Shown in pieces: positions 40,557 to 51,174 of a DNA stretch of 64,000 bases. Source of the DNA: an uncultured Roseburia sp. (GTDB taxonomy: Bacteria; Bacillota; Clostridia; Lachnospirales; Lachnospiraceae); NCBI GenBank assembly GCA_934292805.1, contig CAKQXQ010000009.1, forward strand, positions 8,804 to 72,803, given 5' to 3'. Under the pieces are notes generated by a model. The model ran no database searches and was not told the DNA's origin. It was given only the letters and a program-made list of their open reading frames with translations. Within the stretch, counting starts at the first letter, position 1; every line of letters starts with the position of its first letter. The translations under genes and the position numbers were made by a program.

Positions 40557-41837
40557 TTATTCCAAATAATCCTTTAATTTACGACTTCTGCTTGGGTGAC
40601 GTAATTTACGCAATGCTTTTGCTTCAATCTGGCGGATACGCTCACGTGTTACATTGAACTCTTTGCCAACTTCTTCCAGTGTTCTTGCACGTCCATCTTC
40701 CAGTCCGAAACGAAGAGTCAGAACTTTCTGCTCCCTTTCTGTCAGTGTTCCAAGAACTTCCTCTAACTGTTCTTTTAACAGAGTAAATGCTGCCGCATCA
40801 GCTGGAACAGGAACATTATCATCCTGGATGAAATCTCCCAGATGACTGTCTTCCTCTTCACCGATCGGAGTCTCTAAAGAAACCGGCTCCTGGGAAATTT
40901 TTAAAATTTCACGCACTCGTTCTACCGGCATATTCATCTCTGCTGCAATCTCTTCCGGGCTTGGTTCACGTCCGAGTTCCTGTAAAAGCTGTCTTGATAC
41001 ACGGATGAGTTTGTTGATCGTTTCAACCATATGAACCGGAATACGAATGGTTCTTGCCTGATCGGCGATCGCTCTTGTGATTGCCTGACGGATCCACCAT
41101 GTTGCATAGGTAGAGAATTTGTATCCTTTACGGTAATCAAACTTTTCTACTGCCTTGATCAAACCAAGATTTCCTTCCTGGATCAGGTCAAGGAATAACA
41201 TACCACGTCCGACATATCTTTTTGCAATTGAGACAACAAGTCTTAAGTTTGCCTCCGCAAGACGTTTCTTGGCATCATCTCCGGCTGTTAAATCTTTCTG
41301 TAAATTCTGTATCTCTTCTGTAATCTCAGCGAGCTCCTCTTTTGAAGCATTTTCTTTTCTGCTCTCTAAAATTGCTATTTTTTCTTTGGCCACAGCACCG
41401 GCTTCCATCTTCTGCGCCAGATCAATTTCTTCTTCTGCACTTAACAATGGAACTTTTCCGATTTCTTTCAGATACATGCGGACCGGATCTTCAATGGATA
41501 CACCATCTGGAACAGAAAGGTCGATTTTTTCAACCTCAATGTCATCATCATCATCTACTTCCAGAAGAATCTCATCATCACTGTCATCTTCTGTGATGCG
41601 AAGTACGTCAATGTTGTTTGCCTCCAGGAAATCCAGAATTTTATCAAACTGCTCTGCATCTAACTGCATATCTGCAAAGAAGTCACTGATTTCCTGATAC
41701 TCCAGCATATTTTTCTTCTTTTTTGCCAAAGCTAACAATTCTTTTAACTTCTGCTGAAATTTTTCTCTTGCTGCCTCGTCCATTCCAGCTGCATCTTTTT
41801 TTACTTCCTTAGCTTCGTTTTCTGTTTTTTTAGCCAT
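40557..41837 (-). CDS. sigA: Primary RNA polymerase sigma factor (SigA/RpoD)
   Basis: Region 2 ([14 protein letters not shown]) and region 4.2 ([19 protein letters not shown]). The start was set to the ATG at 41837 on SD spacing. Confidence 0.95.
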   Translation of the reverse strand: MAKKTENEAKEVKKDAAGMDEAAREKFQQKLKELLALAKKKKNMLEYQEISDFFADMQLDAEQFDKILDFLEANNIDVLRITEDDSDDEILLEVDDDDDIEVEKIDLSVPDGVSIEDPVRMYLKEIGKVPLLSAEEEIDLAQKMEAGAVAKEKIAILESRKENASKEELAEITEEIQNLQKDLTAGDDAKKRLAEANLRLVVSIAKRYVGRGMLFLDLIQEGNLGLIKAVEKFDYRKGYKFSTYATWWIRQAITRAIADQARTIRIPVHMVETINKLIRVSRQLLQELGREPSPEEIAAEMNMPVERVREILKISQEPVSLETPIGEEEDSHLGDFIQDDNVPVPADAAAFTLLKEQLEEVLGTLTEREQKVLTLRFGLEDGRARTLEEVGKEFNVTRERIRQIEAKALRKLRHPSRSRKLKDYLE

Positions 41838-41873
41838 CTTTTTCATCCTCTCAAGTTTTTTACTATTTTGTCC

Positions 41874-43676
41874 CTAATCAATGGAAATATGCAATTTCTC
41901 AAGTTCTTCCAGGTTCCGCTTATCTGTTACCAGCTGCATTAGCCCTGCCATATCTGCCGTTGCCAAATGGTCGGATCTGTACTTGATACTGTTCTGCTTG
42001 ATCTTAACGATCGTTTCTTTCAATGCTTTCTCCCATTCTTCCTTCGTCTCGACCTTATGGATCTTCGCATTAAACAGTGCTGCGATCTCCTTCTGGTCTT
42101 CTTCCTCGGAAAACATACTTACGATCTGTGCCGGACTTGCTGTTCCTGTTTCTTCAAACTGCAAAAACAGTATCTTTGCTACCTTATAATATATCTCTTC
42201 TGTAAAATCCTCCGGAACAATATATTTTTTAATTTTCTGATACAGTCCTGTATTTTCAATCAGCCAGGTTAAAAGAAGCTTCTGGGACTGTTTCATACCG
42301 TCTTCTTTCTTAAGTCCTCTGGCTCTGTCATTTTTTTCATGGACACCGGATTTTAATGGTGTACGCTCTTTTGTGATGCCTTCCATCTGCATACCATATC
42401 TGCCGACCAGCTTCTGCAGGTCTGCTGTCGGAAGCATATACTTTTCCGCAACGGCGTTCACATAAATATCCCTCTCGATCTTCTCTGTGAAAGAACACAG
42501 TCTCTTCGCTACTTCATTATAAAAAGAAGACTTGCTCTCCGGATCGGACATATCAAACTGCTGCTCTAAGATGCGGATCTCAAACAGAAAACTGTTTTCC
42601 GCATGGTCGATCCTTTCCTGATACGCGTCGGCTCCAAGTGCTTTTATGAATTCATCCGGATCTTTGTATGGACGCATATTGATGATCTTCGTCGTGATCC
42701 CTGCCTCTTTCAGGATCGGGATTGCCCGAAGTGCAGCCTTTACTCCGGCTCCATCACTGTCGTATGTCAGATATACTTCCTTCGTATAACGTTTTAAAAG
42801 ATTCGCATGTCCTGTCGTAAGCGACGTGCCAAGAGATGCTACCGCATTGTCAAATCCAGCCTGATGAAGTGCAATCACATCCATATATCCTTCACAAAGC
42901 AAAAGCTGTGATTTCTTTGTTGTCCTTGCAAAATTGAGTCCGTATAAGTTACGGCTCTTATCGAAAATCGGCGTCTCCGGGGAATTCAGATACTTCGGTT
43001 CACCCTCTCCCATCACACGTCCGCCAAAACCAATGACTTTATTGTGCACGTCCATGATCGGAAACATTGCCCGGTTCCAGAACTTATCATATCCGCCACG
43101 CTTTTCGTTGATGGACACCAGACCGGATTCCTTCAGTATCTCATCTTCATAACCTTTTGATCTGAGATATCTGTAAAGATCATCACTGTACTGATCTGAA
43201 TATCCAAGACCAAACTTCTTCATTGTCTCATCCGAAAGCTCTCTCTTTTTAAAATAAGCGAGTGCATTCTTACCTCTGTCATTCCGAAGCAGCATATAGA
43301 AATATCTCGCTGCTTCTTTATTGATATCTAACAGCCTCTGCTTTTTATCTGCTTCTCTTTTCTGTTCCTTTGTATACTCCTGCTTTGGCAATGCCACTCC
43401 CACACGATCTGCAAGTGCTTCCATTGCCTCGCTGAATGTGAAATTTTCATACTGCATCATGAATGTGAAAACATTTCCTCCTGCTCCACATCCAAAGCAA
43501 TAATACATCTGTTTGTTAGGAGAAACCGAAAAGGATCCCGTTTTCTCGTTATGAAAAGGACACAGTCCAAAATATGTACTTCCTTTTTTGGTCAGATGTA
43601 CATACTGACCGATCACATCTACAATATCATTACGTGACCGTACCTCTTCAATTATGTCATCTGAAAAATACGGCAT
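41874..43676 (-). CDS. dnaG: DNA primase
   Basis: Zinc finger CPFHNEKTGSF…CFGCGAGG and TOPRIM motif LCEGYMDV. Confidence 0.95.
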   Translation of the reverse strand: MPYFSDDIIEEVRSRNDIVDVIGQYVHLTKKGSTYFGLCPFHNEKTGSFSVSPNKQMYYCFGCGAGGNVFTFMMQYENFTFSEAMEALADRVGVALPKQEYTKEQKREADKKQRLLDINKEAARYFYMLLRNDRGKNALAYFKKRELSDETMKKFGLGYSDQYSDDLYRYLRSKGYEDEILKESGLVSINEKRGGYDKFWNRAMFPIMDVHNKVIGFGGRVMGEGEPKYLNSPETPIFDKSRNLYGLNFARTTKKSQLLLCEGYMDVIALHQAGFDNAVASLGTSLTTGHANLLKRYTKEVYLTYDSDGAGVKAALRAIPILKEAGITTKIINMRPYKDPDEFIKALGADAYQERIDHAENSFLFEIRILEQQFDMSDPESKSSFYNEVAKRLCSFTEKIERDIYVNAVAEKYMLPTADLQKLVGRYGMQMEGITKERTPLKSGVHEKNDRARGLKKEDGMKQSQKLLLTWLIENTGLYQKIKKYIVPEDFTEEIYYKVAKILFLQFEETGTASPAQIVSMFSEEEDQKEIAALFNAKIHKVETKEEWEKALKETIVKIKQNSIKYRSDHLATADMAGLMQLVTDKRNLEELEKLHISID

Positions 43677-43754
43677 ACTGATGCCTTCCTTTCTTCTCTT
43701 ACTTTAGTAGCCATCTACTTTCCAGGCCTGCTCACGCCGCAGGCTTCTCCTGCC

Positions 43755-44768
43755 TTAGTAGCCGTCTACTTTCCAGGCCTGCGGCAGGAAGTATTCACTG
43801 AATTTTGTGATGGCGTACTGGTCTGTCATGCCGGCAATATAATCGCATACTACGCGTTCTTTCTTCTCACCTGCATCTAACATAGCAAGGAACTTGCCTG
43901 GCAGAAGCTCTATATGATCGATATAATAACCATACAGCTGGCGGATCATCTCTTTTGCCTTTTTTTCTTCTCCTTTTGCCACAGGATTTGTATAAACATG
44001 TTCAAACATGAACCGTCTTAAATCAAACATGGCATCATGGATCTCTTCTGACATCCGGATATCATCTTTTTGCATGCTGTTCATGATCACATTATGTATC
44101 AGCGTGTTAAGCCTCTGCTTCGTCGTAAAACCCAATGTTTTACGTAATTCCAGCGGAATGTCTTCCTCCGTGAGAATCTCTGCACGGATCGCATCGTCCA
44201 CATCGTGATATACATATGCAATTTTGTCGGACAGCCTTACTACTTTTCCTTCTAATGTATGTGGCATTGATTTGGACTGATGGTTTAAAATTCCATCCCT
44301 CACTTCCCATGTGAGATTCAATCCTCTGCCATGCTTCTCCAGCTTCTCAACAATACGTACGCTCTGCTCGTTATGCCGGAATCCATCTTCACAGATACTG
44401 TTAAGTACCTGCTCACCGGCATGCCCAAAAGGCGTATGTCCCAGATCATGTCCCAATGCGATCGCTTCAACAAGATCTTCATTCAATCTCAACGCTTTTG
44501 CGATCGTTCTTGCATTCTGTGACACTTCCAGTGTATGCGAAAGTCTTGTTCGATAATGGTCTCCCATCGGTGTCAGAAACACCTGTGTCTTATTCTTCAG
44601 CCTTCGAAAAGCCTTACAATGCAAAATCCGATCTCTGTCTCTTTGAAAAACAGGTCGGACATCACACGGTTCTTCCGGTATATTCCGTCCTTTTGTATTC
44701 ACGCTTAAGGTTGCAAAAGGACTTAAAGTTTCGCGTTCCATTTTCTCAAGCTCTTCCCGTATCGTCAT
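43755..44768 (-). CDS. dGTP triphosphohydrolase-like HD-domain protein
   Basis: HD motif HDLGHTPFGH. The start was set to the ATG at 44768, behind GGAGGTG; the ORF-track start is a TTG. Confidence 0.9.
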   Translation of the reverse strand: MTIREELEKMERETLSPFATLSVNTKGRNIPEEPCDVRPVFQRDRDRILHCKAFRRLKNKTQVFLTPMGDHYRTRLSHTLEVSQNARTIAKALRLNEDLVEAIALGHDLGHTPFGHAGEQVLNSICEDGFRHNEQSVRIVEKLEKHGRGLNLTWEVRDGILNHQSKSMPHTLEGKVVRLSDKIAYVYHDVDDAIRAEILTEEDIPLELRKTLGFTTKQRLNTLIHNVIMNSMQKDDIRMSEEIHDAMFDLRRFMFEHVYTNPVAKGEEKKAKEMIRQLYGYYIDHIELLPGKFLAMLDAGEKKERVVCDYIAGMTDQYAITKFSEYFLPQAWKVDGY

Positions 44769-44966
44769 ATACAAGCACCTCCAGCCTGTCAGGATATCAC
44801 TTTCTCTCCCGGAAAATCATATTCTCACGCCCGGAATTATGTAATTCCAGGCGGTATATACAAAACAGCAACATGCCTACAATGTTATAATTCGGCAAAG
44901 TTTTTGGATTTCCTTTATTTTTTTAAGGAATTTACAAAAAAAGTTGTTTTAGGGTCCCTTTTTGGC

Positions 44967-46337
44967 TTACTTTATGACATTCAGTGCATCCATGATCGTT
45001 GATACCCCGATGAGCTTTATGCCTTTCACATCCGGCATTGCCCTCCGGCATACTTCCGGCAAAATACACACTTCAAATCCAAGCTTTTTTGCTTCCTGCA
45101 CACGTTGTTCTGCCATACTGACTGCACGGACTTCTCCGCTTAATCCAACCTCACCAAAACAGATCGTCTTCTCATCGATCGGACGGTCCTTATAACTTGA
45201 GATCAGTGCCAGTACGATTCCAAGATCGATCGCCGGTTCATTCATCCGGATCCCACCTGCGATATTTACATATGCGTCGCATTCCCCAAGCTTAAGACCA
45301 AGCCGCTTCTCCAATACTGCCATTAAGAGATTTACTCTGTTAAAATCTGTTCCGGCTGCCGTTCTCCTTGGAATACCAAAATTACTGTGACAGACAAGAG
45401 CCTGAACCTCCAGCAGGATCGGTCTGGTTCCTTCCATGGAACATGCCACAACAGAACCTGACGCTCCTTCCGGTTTTCCGCTCAGCATATATTCTGATGG
45501 ATTCTCCACTTCCTCCAGTCCGCTCTGGCGCATTTCAAAAACTCCGATCTCATTGGTAGATCCGAAACGATTCTTCACCCCACGCAAAATACGATAAGCC
45601 GCATGCCTGTCACCTTCAAAGTATAATACCGTATCAACCATATGCTCCAACACTCTTGGTCCTGCCACTACGCCTTCTTTTGTCACGTGTCCGACAATAA
45701 AAACTGAAATTCCCATTCCTTTTGCGATCTGCATGAGAACTCCTGTAGATTCCCTTACCTGTGATACGCTTCCCGGTGCAGAGGAAACTTCCTCGTTGAA
45801 CATTGTCTGAATGGAATCGATCACCACGATCTGAGGCTTTTCCCTGTCTATCACCGCTTTGATCGTATCAAGATTTGTTTCACACAAAAGCTTCAGGCTG
45901 TCGGTAAAGCTTCCGATACGTTCCGCGCGGATTTTGATCTGCTGAAGTGATTCTTCACCTGAAATATACAGTACTTTTACCTTCTGTTCTGAAAGATTCC
46001 TGCATACCTGAAGCAGAAGTGTGGATTTCCCGATTCCGGGATCACCACCCACAAGAACCATCGATCCCTGTACAATGCCGCCACCTAATACCCGGTCAAG
46101 TTCTTTCATTCCGGTTGAAACTCTTTTATCATATGTCATCTCTATCTGAGAGAGAGGTAATACTTTTGCCTCTGCCACACTTTCTTTCTTCTTTGAAAGT
46201 GTTCCTGCACTTTTCTTATCGATCACTTCTTCTACAAACGTATTCCATTCCCTGCATCCCGGACATTGTCCCATCCATTTTGAGGACTCATATCCGCAAT
46301 TCTGGCAGAAAAAAATACTTGTCTTACCTTTTGCCAT
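44967..46337 (-). CDS. radA: DNA repair protein RadA
   Basis: Zinc ribbon CQNCGYES…CPGC, Walker A GDPGIGKST, the KNRFG motif, and a Lon-like C-terminal domain. Confidence 0.95.
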   Translation of the reverse strand: MAKGKTSIFFCQNCGYESSKWMGQCPGCREWNTFVEEVIDKKSAGTLSKKKESVAEAKVLPLSQIEMTYDKRVSTGMKELDRVLGGGIVQGSMVLVGGDPGIGKSTLLLQVCRNLSEQKVKVLYISGEESLQQIKIRAERIGSFTDSLKLLCETNLDTIKAVIDREKPQIVVIDSIQTMFNEEVSSAPGSVSQVRESTGVLMQIAKGMGISVFIVGHVTKEGVVAGPRVLEHMVDTVLYFEGDRHAAYRILRGVKNRFGSTNEIGVFEMRQSGLEEVENPSEYMLSGKPEGASGSVVACSMEGTRPILLEVQALVCHSNFGIPRRTAAGTDFNRVNLLMAVLEKRLGLKLGECDAYVNIAGGIRMNEPAIDLGIVLALISSYKDRPIDEKTICFGEVGLSGEVRAVSMAEQRVQEAKKLGFEVCILPEVCRRAMPDVKGIKLIGVSTIMDALNVIK

Positions 46338-46352
46338 AAAAACTCCTACTAC

Positions 46353-46387
46353 ATAAGAAAAAGGAGCTGTCTGTCTGACAACTCCTT
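46353..46387 (-). terminator. Intrinsic terminator between the 136-aa gene and radA
   Basis: An 11-bp stem with one mismatch pairs 46361-46371 with 46377-46387. UUUUUCUU follows in minus sense. Confidence 0.65.
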
Positions 46388-46452
46388 CATGATCTTAGGT
46401 ACAATAAATCTGTCTTCTGCAGAACTGACGCAGTCATCTGCAGAATCGTGTA

Positions 46453-46863
46453 CTAGCATTTGTGAATTGCAACTGCAACCGGTTTATCACCAAGTTCAAC
46501 ACTGATGTTTAACTTGCTGCCAAGATTCGTCTTCATCCTGCCAGCACTCACACCATCAATCGTAATCTCGTACTCTGTTGCCTCTTCTAACTCCAGAGTG
46601 ATCTGTGCATCTTCCGGTCCTTCAACATCGAAAGACATTCCGTCATCCGCTGTATTCAGATGAGATACAGCTGTACCAGGTACAGATTCGTATACAAACA
46701 TTCCGTTGCACTCTAACTTTGTGATATCTTTATATGTTTTTACTTTATAAATATTTCCCTGATGTTCAAAATTATCCAGTTTTGCTTTTGCTCCCAGACT
46801 GTAATCTCCAAAGCTGATGGTTCCATCTGCTTCTGAACGAATTAATTCACTAACAACGCTCAT
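46453..46863 (-). CDS. Hypothetical protein (136 aa, sequence looks beta-rich)
   Basis: Strong SD (AGGAGGA) and its own terminator. I recognise no family. Confidence 0.6.
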   Translation of the reverse strand: MSVVSELIRSEADGTISFGDYSLGAKAKLDNFEHQGNIYKVKTYKDITKLECNGMFVYESVPGTAVSHLNTADDGMSFDVEGPEDAQITLELEEATEYEITIDGVSAGRMKTNLGSKLNISVELGDKPVAVAIHKC

Positions 46864-47003
46864 TTTATCCTCCTGTGATACAGCATATCTATCGCTGTTT
46901 CGAAAAAATTTTGTAAAATTATTATAGCTTAATTCCTGTAGGATTGCCAGTATCTTTCGACATTTTTAAGGATTTTTTTATATTTGATTTTCACATTTGC
47001 ATC

Positions 47004-49457
47004 CTAGCATTCTGTTTCAAATGTAATCTCATTTTTCTTTGTCGTCACGATCACTTTGCTGCCCTTTTTCACCTTGCCATCCAAGATTTCTTCTGCAAGC
47101 TTATCCTCAATCTCATTCTGGATCTTTCTTCGCAGCGGTCTTGCACCGTATTTCGGCTGGTATGCCTTCTCTACGATATAATTCTTCACACTGTCCCTTA
47201 CAATCAGTGTAATACCCATCTGCTTTTTGCAACGATCTGTCAGATCTTTTAACATCAGTGTCACAATCTGCTTCATATCTGTTTTGTTCAGCGAACGGAA
47301 TACAATTGTTTCATCAATTCTGTTTAAAAACTCCGGCCTGAAGATTCTTCGGACCTCTTCCATCACACTGTTTTTCATTCTCTCGTAGTTCTGCTTCTCA
47401 TCATCCTGTGACAAAAAGCCAAGCTTTTTCGGTTCTACGATAGACTGCGCACCTGCATTGGATGTCATGATAATGATCGTATTCTTGAAATCTACCTTGC
47501 GTCCCTGTGAATCTGTAACATGTCCGTCATCTAATACCTGAAGCAATATATTAAATACATCCGGATGTGCCTTTTCGATTTCATCAAATAAAACAACAGA
47601 GTACGGATTTCTGCGGACTTTTTCACTGAGCTGACCTCCATCTTCATGTCCGACATATCCAGGTGGTGATCCGATCATCTTAGATACACTGTGTTTCTCC
47701 ATATATTCTGACATGTCAACACGGATCATCGCCTGTTCATTTCCAAAAACAGCTTCAGCCAGAGCTTTGGAAATCTCTGTTTTACCAACTCCGGTAGGTC
47801 CTAAGAAAAGGAAAGAGCCGATCGGCCTTCCCGGATCTTTAAGCCCGACACGTCCACGTCTTACTGCCTTCGCTACCGCTGTAACAGCTTCTTCCTGTCC
47901 GACAACACGCTTATGCAGCGTTGCCTCTAACTTCTTTAATCTGGCAGCTTCACCCTCTGCAAGCTTTTTCACCGGAATCTTTGTCCAGCCTGCCACGATA
48001 TCCGCAACTGCGTCTTCATCCACTGTGAGGTTTTTCTTTGTGATCTCTCTCTTTGCCTTTGCATTTTGTTTTTCCAACTGTTTTTCGAGAGCTTCCCTGT
48101 CCTCTTTGCATTTTCTTGCAAGCTCAATATCTGATGCACTTAATGCATCTTCCAGCTCATTTTCCTTTTCGATGATTTCATTCTTCAGACCTGCCAGTTC
48201 ACTGGAATAATTGCTCACCCCGAAACGGACTTTCGCGGCTGCCTCATCCATAAGGTCAATTGCCTTGTCCGGAAGAAATCTGTCATTAATATATCTCGCA
48301 GAAAGCCTTACACATGCTTCCAGCGCTTCATCTGAGATTTTTACATGATGATGGGCTTCGTATTTGCCCCGGAGTCCTTTTAAGATCTCTACGGCTGCAT
48401 CCTCCGTTGGCTCCTCGACTGTAACAGGCTGGAAACGTCGTTCCAGAGCTGCATCCTTCTCTATATATTTCCGGTATTCTGCGATTGTGGTAGCACCGAG
48501 GATCTGGACTTCACCCCTTGCAAGTGCCGGTTTTAAAATATTAGATGCATCGATGGCTCCTTCTGCTCCGCCTGCACCGATGATCGTATGAAGTTCATCA
48601 ATAAATAACAGGACATTTCCTGCTTTTGACACTTCCCGGATCACTTTTTTAATGCGTTCCTCAAACTCACCGCGGTATTTGGAGCCTGCCACCATGCCTG
48701 ACATATCAAGGGACACTACTCTTTTTCCAAGAACAGAGTCCGGTACCAGTCCGGACACGATACGTTCTGCGATTCCCTCTGCGATCGCGGTTTTTCCAAC
48801 CCCCGGCTCTCCGATCAGGCATGGATTATTCTTCGTTCTTCTGCTTAAAATCTGGATGACTCTCTGTATCTCGTGCTCCCGTCCTATTACCGGGTCTAAT
48901 TCTCCATTCTCTGCCATCTCTGTCAGATCTCTGGAATACTGATCAAGAGTAGGTGTTCCTTCATTTGTTTTTTTCTTTCCTACACGTCCGTTCTGAAATT
49001 CATCTCTATAAAGAGTTACATCCTCGCCCATCGCAACAAGTGTATCTGCAAATACTTTCTGGAAATTTACTGAAAGTGTATTCAGTAATCTGGATGCAAC
49101 ACAATCCGGCTCTTTTATGATCGCGATCAGAAGATGCTCTGTTCCGATCTCATCAGCATGGAAACGTTCAGCTTCTTTTGATGCACTTTCAAGTACCGCT
49201 TCTGCTCTCGGAGAATATCCATCCCGTTCTGCAACTTCCACACCACCTGCCGGTGCGATCAATTCTTCGATCAGTTCTTTGATTTTATCTAATTCCACAC
49301 CATTATCATTCAGTACCAGTGCCGCTGTTCCTGTTCCTTCCTTCAGAAGTCCAAGCAGGATGTGCTCTGTTCCAATATAAGTATGGTGCAGCGACTTCGA
49401 CATTCTTACGGCAAGATCAATTGCCTTTTTTGCTTTTACAGTATATGGTAATCGCAT
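47004..49457 (-). CDS. clpC: ATP-dependent Clp protease ATP-binding subunit ClpC
   Basis: Clp N-domain repeats, two AAA modules ([18 protein letters not shown]), and a UVR-like middle region. Confidence 0.93.
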   Translation of the reverse strand: MRLPYTVKAKKAIDLAVRMSKSLHHTYIGTEHILLGLLKEGTGTAALVLNDNGVELDKIKELIEELIAPAGGVEVAERDGYSPRAEAVLESASKEAERFHADEIGTEHLLIAIIKEPDCVASRLLNTLSVNFQKVFADTLVAMGEDVTLYRDEFQNGRVGKKKTNEGTPTLDQYSRDLTEMAENGELDPVIGREHEIQRVIQILSRRTKNNPCLIGEPGVGKTAIAEGIAERIVSGLVPDSVLGKRVVSLDMSGMVAGSKYRGEFEERIKKVIREVSKAGNVLLFIDELHTIIGAGGAEGAIDASNILKPALARGEVQILGATTIAEYRKYIEKDAALERRFQPVTVEEPTEDAAVEILKGLRGKYEAHHHVKISDEALEACVRLSARYINDRFLPDKAIDLMDEAAAKVRFGVSNYSSELAGLKNEIIEKENELEDALSASDIELARKCKEDREALEKQLEKQNAKAKREITKKNLTVDEDAVADIVAGWTKIPVKKLAEGEAARLKKLEATLHKRVVGQEEAVTAVAKAVRRGRVGLKDPGRPIGSFLFLGPTGVGKTEISKALAEAVFGNEQAMIRVDMSEYMEKHSVSKMIGSPPGYVGHEDGGQLSEKVRRNPYSVVLFDEIEKAHPDVFNILLQVLDDGHVTDSQGRKVDFKNTIIIMTSNAGAQSIVEPKKLGFLSQDDEKQNYERMKNSVMEEVRRIFRPEFLNRIDETIVFRSLNKTDMKQIVTLMLKDLTDRCKKQMGITLIVRDSVKNYIVEKAYQPKYGARPLRRKIQNEIEDKLAEEILDGKVKKGSKVIVTTKKNEITFETEC

Positions 49458-49487
49458 ATTGCCTTTGCCTCTCTTTCCTTCTTAATT

Positions 49488-50969
49488 CTATAAAAAAACT
49501 CTTTTTACCATATCTTCGTTAAATACGACCTGTTTTACATGATCAACTTCAATCTGGTAAAGTGCATTTGCTGCCAAATGCTCTGCTGCCTGCTCAAGAT
49601 CACGGATTCCGGATGTATCTTTGTACAATTCGATCAGGGCATCTAATCCTTCGTCTGTTAATATAAGCTCTCCCTGCTGCAATCCGATACGCTTTAGCAC
49701 TTTTGGAAGTGCAAATCTTGAGAAAATAATCTTCTTTTCTTCCAGTGTGTAATCTGGAATATCTATCACGGCAAAGCGTGACATAAGCGGTGCACTGATA
49801 TCCTCTTTTACATTTGCTGTTGCGATCGGATATACTCCGCCTGTCGGGATCATACATTCCATATAATTATCAGTAAATCCATGATTGTCCAGTAAAGTCA
49901 AAAGAACATCTGCCGGATTGCCATTTCCTTTTCCGGAAGCTGCCTTATCCAGCTCATTGATAATAAATACAAGATTCGACTCTCCTGCCATGGAAAAAGC
50001 TTCCATAATAATTCCCGGTTTGGCGTTTCCATAAATTCTGGAACTTCCGGTAAGCTGTTCTGGATCGTTGATAGAACTCATATCCAGTGTTGTCCATGGA
50101 AGTTTTAAAATTCTTGCAACTGCGTAAGCAATCTGGGATTTTCCGGTTCCTGCCGGTCCGATCAGTAAAAGTCCATAAGCCGGCAGTGTATGGGTACGGT
50201 TAATCTGGATAATTGTCTCCATGATACGTTGTTTCACTTTCTCCATGCCATACAGTTCTTCATCCAGTATCCTGCGGGCTTCCACCGGATCGATTGCCTC
50301 AAAGTAATTGTTCTTCCACTGTATATTCATCATATCGGAAAGTGCCCTCTGTGCATGTCTCCGTTCCTCGGCAGACACTTCACTGGAACGTGCCACTGCA
50401 AGATTTCTTCTTGCCCATAGCCTGATATTGTCCGGCATCGTTCTCCCTGCACAATTCAGAAAATCAGAAATACTCTGGATGCTTGTAAGCTTCATGCTGT
50501 CACCGCTTTCATCCGGTTCTTCCTCTTTCTCATCCTGTTCTGCGGCACTGCTTGAAAGAAGACGCTCTATCACAAACTGTAAAAATCCATCTGCTGCTGA
50601 AAGCTTTGCTCCTCCGTTCGCAGTCTCACGGATTTTATAAACTGCATAACCATCCTCTGTGTTCTCACCGGACAAAACCACGCTGATGCGGTTCTCACCA
50701 AGCCATCCGATCAGGTTCACAAAACGGGCATCCACACGCAGAATGCTGCTTCGGAACATCTCCTCTTTTTCCTTAAACTCAAATGCTGTCCACTGATTCT
50801 GATTGGTAAATGTTCCGAGTGAATGATGATCCCAATGTCTCTTGCTATTATCAAGAACCAAAATCGGATCCTTCGGACTTTTTCTCTGGCTATCCGAATA
50901 AAATACTGTATAAGTACATGTAAATGCCTCTTTCTCTGCCGGGGCACTGCTGAAGTCAAAAACGGGCAT
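49488..50969 (-). CDS. Lon-type AAA+ ATPase with no protease domain and a unique N-terminal region
   Basis: Residues from about 230 to the end align by eye with the Lon AAA module (YGMEKVKQRI…GPAGTGKS…FIINELDK…ATAN…SRF). The protein ends right after the helical subdomain. The start was trimmed to the ATG at 50969, behind AGAGGAGAA. Confidence 0.8.
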   Translation of the reverse strand: MPVFDFSSAPAEKEAFTCTYTVFYSDSQRKSPKDPILVLDNSKRHWDHHSLGTFTNQNQWTAFEFKEKEEMFRSSILRVDARFVNLIGWLGENRISVVLSGENTEDGYAVYKIRETANGGAKLSAADGFLQFVIERLLSSSAAEQDEKEEEPDESGDSMKLTSIQSISDFLNCAGRTMPDNIRLWARRNLAVARSSEVSAEERRHAQRALSDMMNIQWKNNYFEAIDPVEARRILDEELYGMEKVKQRIMETIIQINRTHTLPAYGLLLIGPAGTGKSQIAYAVARILKLPWTTLDMSSINDPEQLTGSSRIYGNAKPGIIMEAFSMAGESNLVFIINELDKAASGKGNGNPADVLLTLLDNHGFTDNYMECMIPTGGVYPIATANVKEDISAPLMSRFAVIDIPDYTLEEKKIIFSRFALPKVLKRIGLQQGELILTDEGLDALIELYKDTSGIRDLEQAAEHLAANALYQIEVDHVKQVVFNEDMVKRVFL

Positions 50970-51072
50970 ACGATTCTCCTCTTTCTTTTCAAAATATTTC
51001 TTTCTATTTCTTAAATTATAAAACCACAATTTTTTAAAATTTACAATGCAAAACCTGAAATTGATTCCTCTC

Positions 51073-51101
51073 TTTACTAAATTCTCTTTTTTCGCTACAA
51101 T
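51073..51101 (+). promoter_or_regulatory. Candidate sigma-A promoter for ppiB
   Basis: TTTACT (51073-51078), a 17-nt spacer, then TACAAT (51096-51101). Confidence 0.5.
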
Positions 51102-51174
51102 AAGGATGTTATAAATGGTTTTGTATCAAAAGATCTGACCATTATTTTATTGAACAGGAAAGGAACCAATTATT

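Noticed and set aside
41155-41697. Long Ser-rich plus-strand ORFs antisense to sigA (180 aa) and clpC (47713-48210, 165 aa), and minus-strand ORFs antisense to the malic enzyme gene (24895-25946)
   Set aside because: These are shadow ORFs opposite highly conserved genes. They have biased low-complexity composition and no translation signals.
50970-51174. CtsR operator or CIRCE element upstream of the AAA+-clpC operon
   Set aside because: I read both strands. Only a single GGTCAGA half-like site is present, with no direct heptad repeat. There is no TTAGCACTC-N9-GAGTGCTAA.
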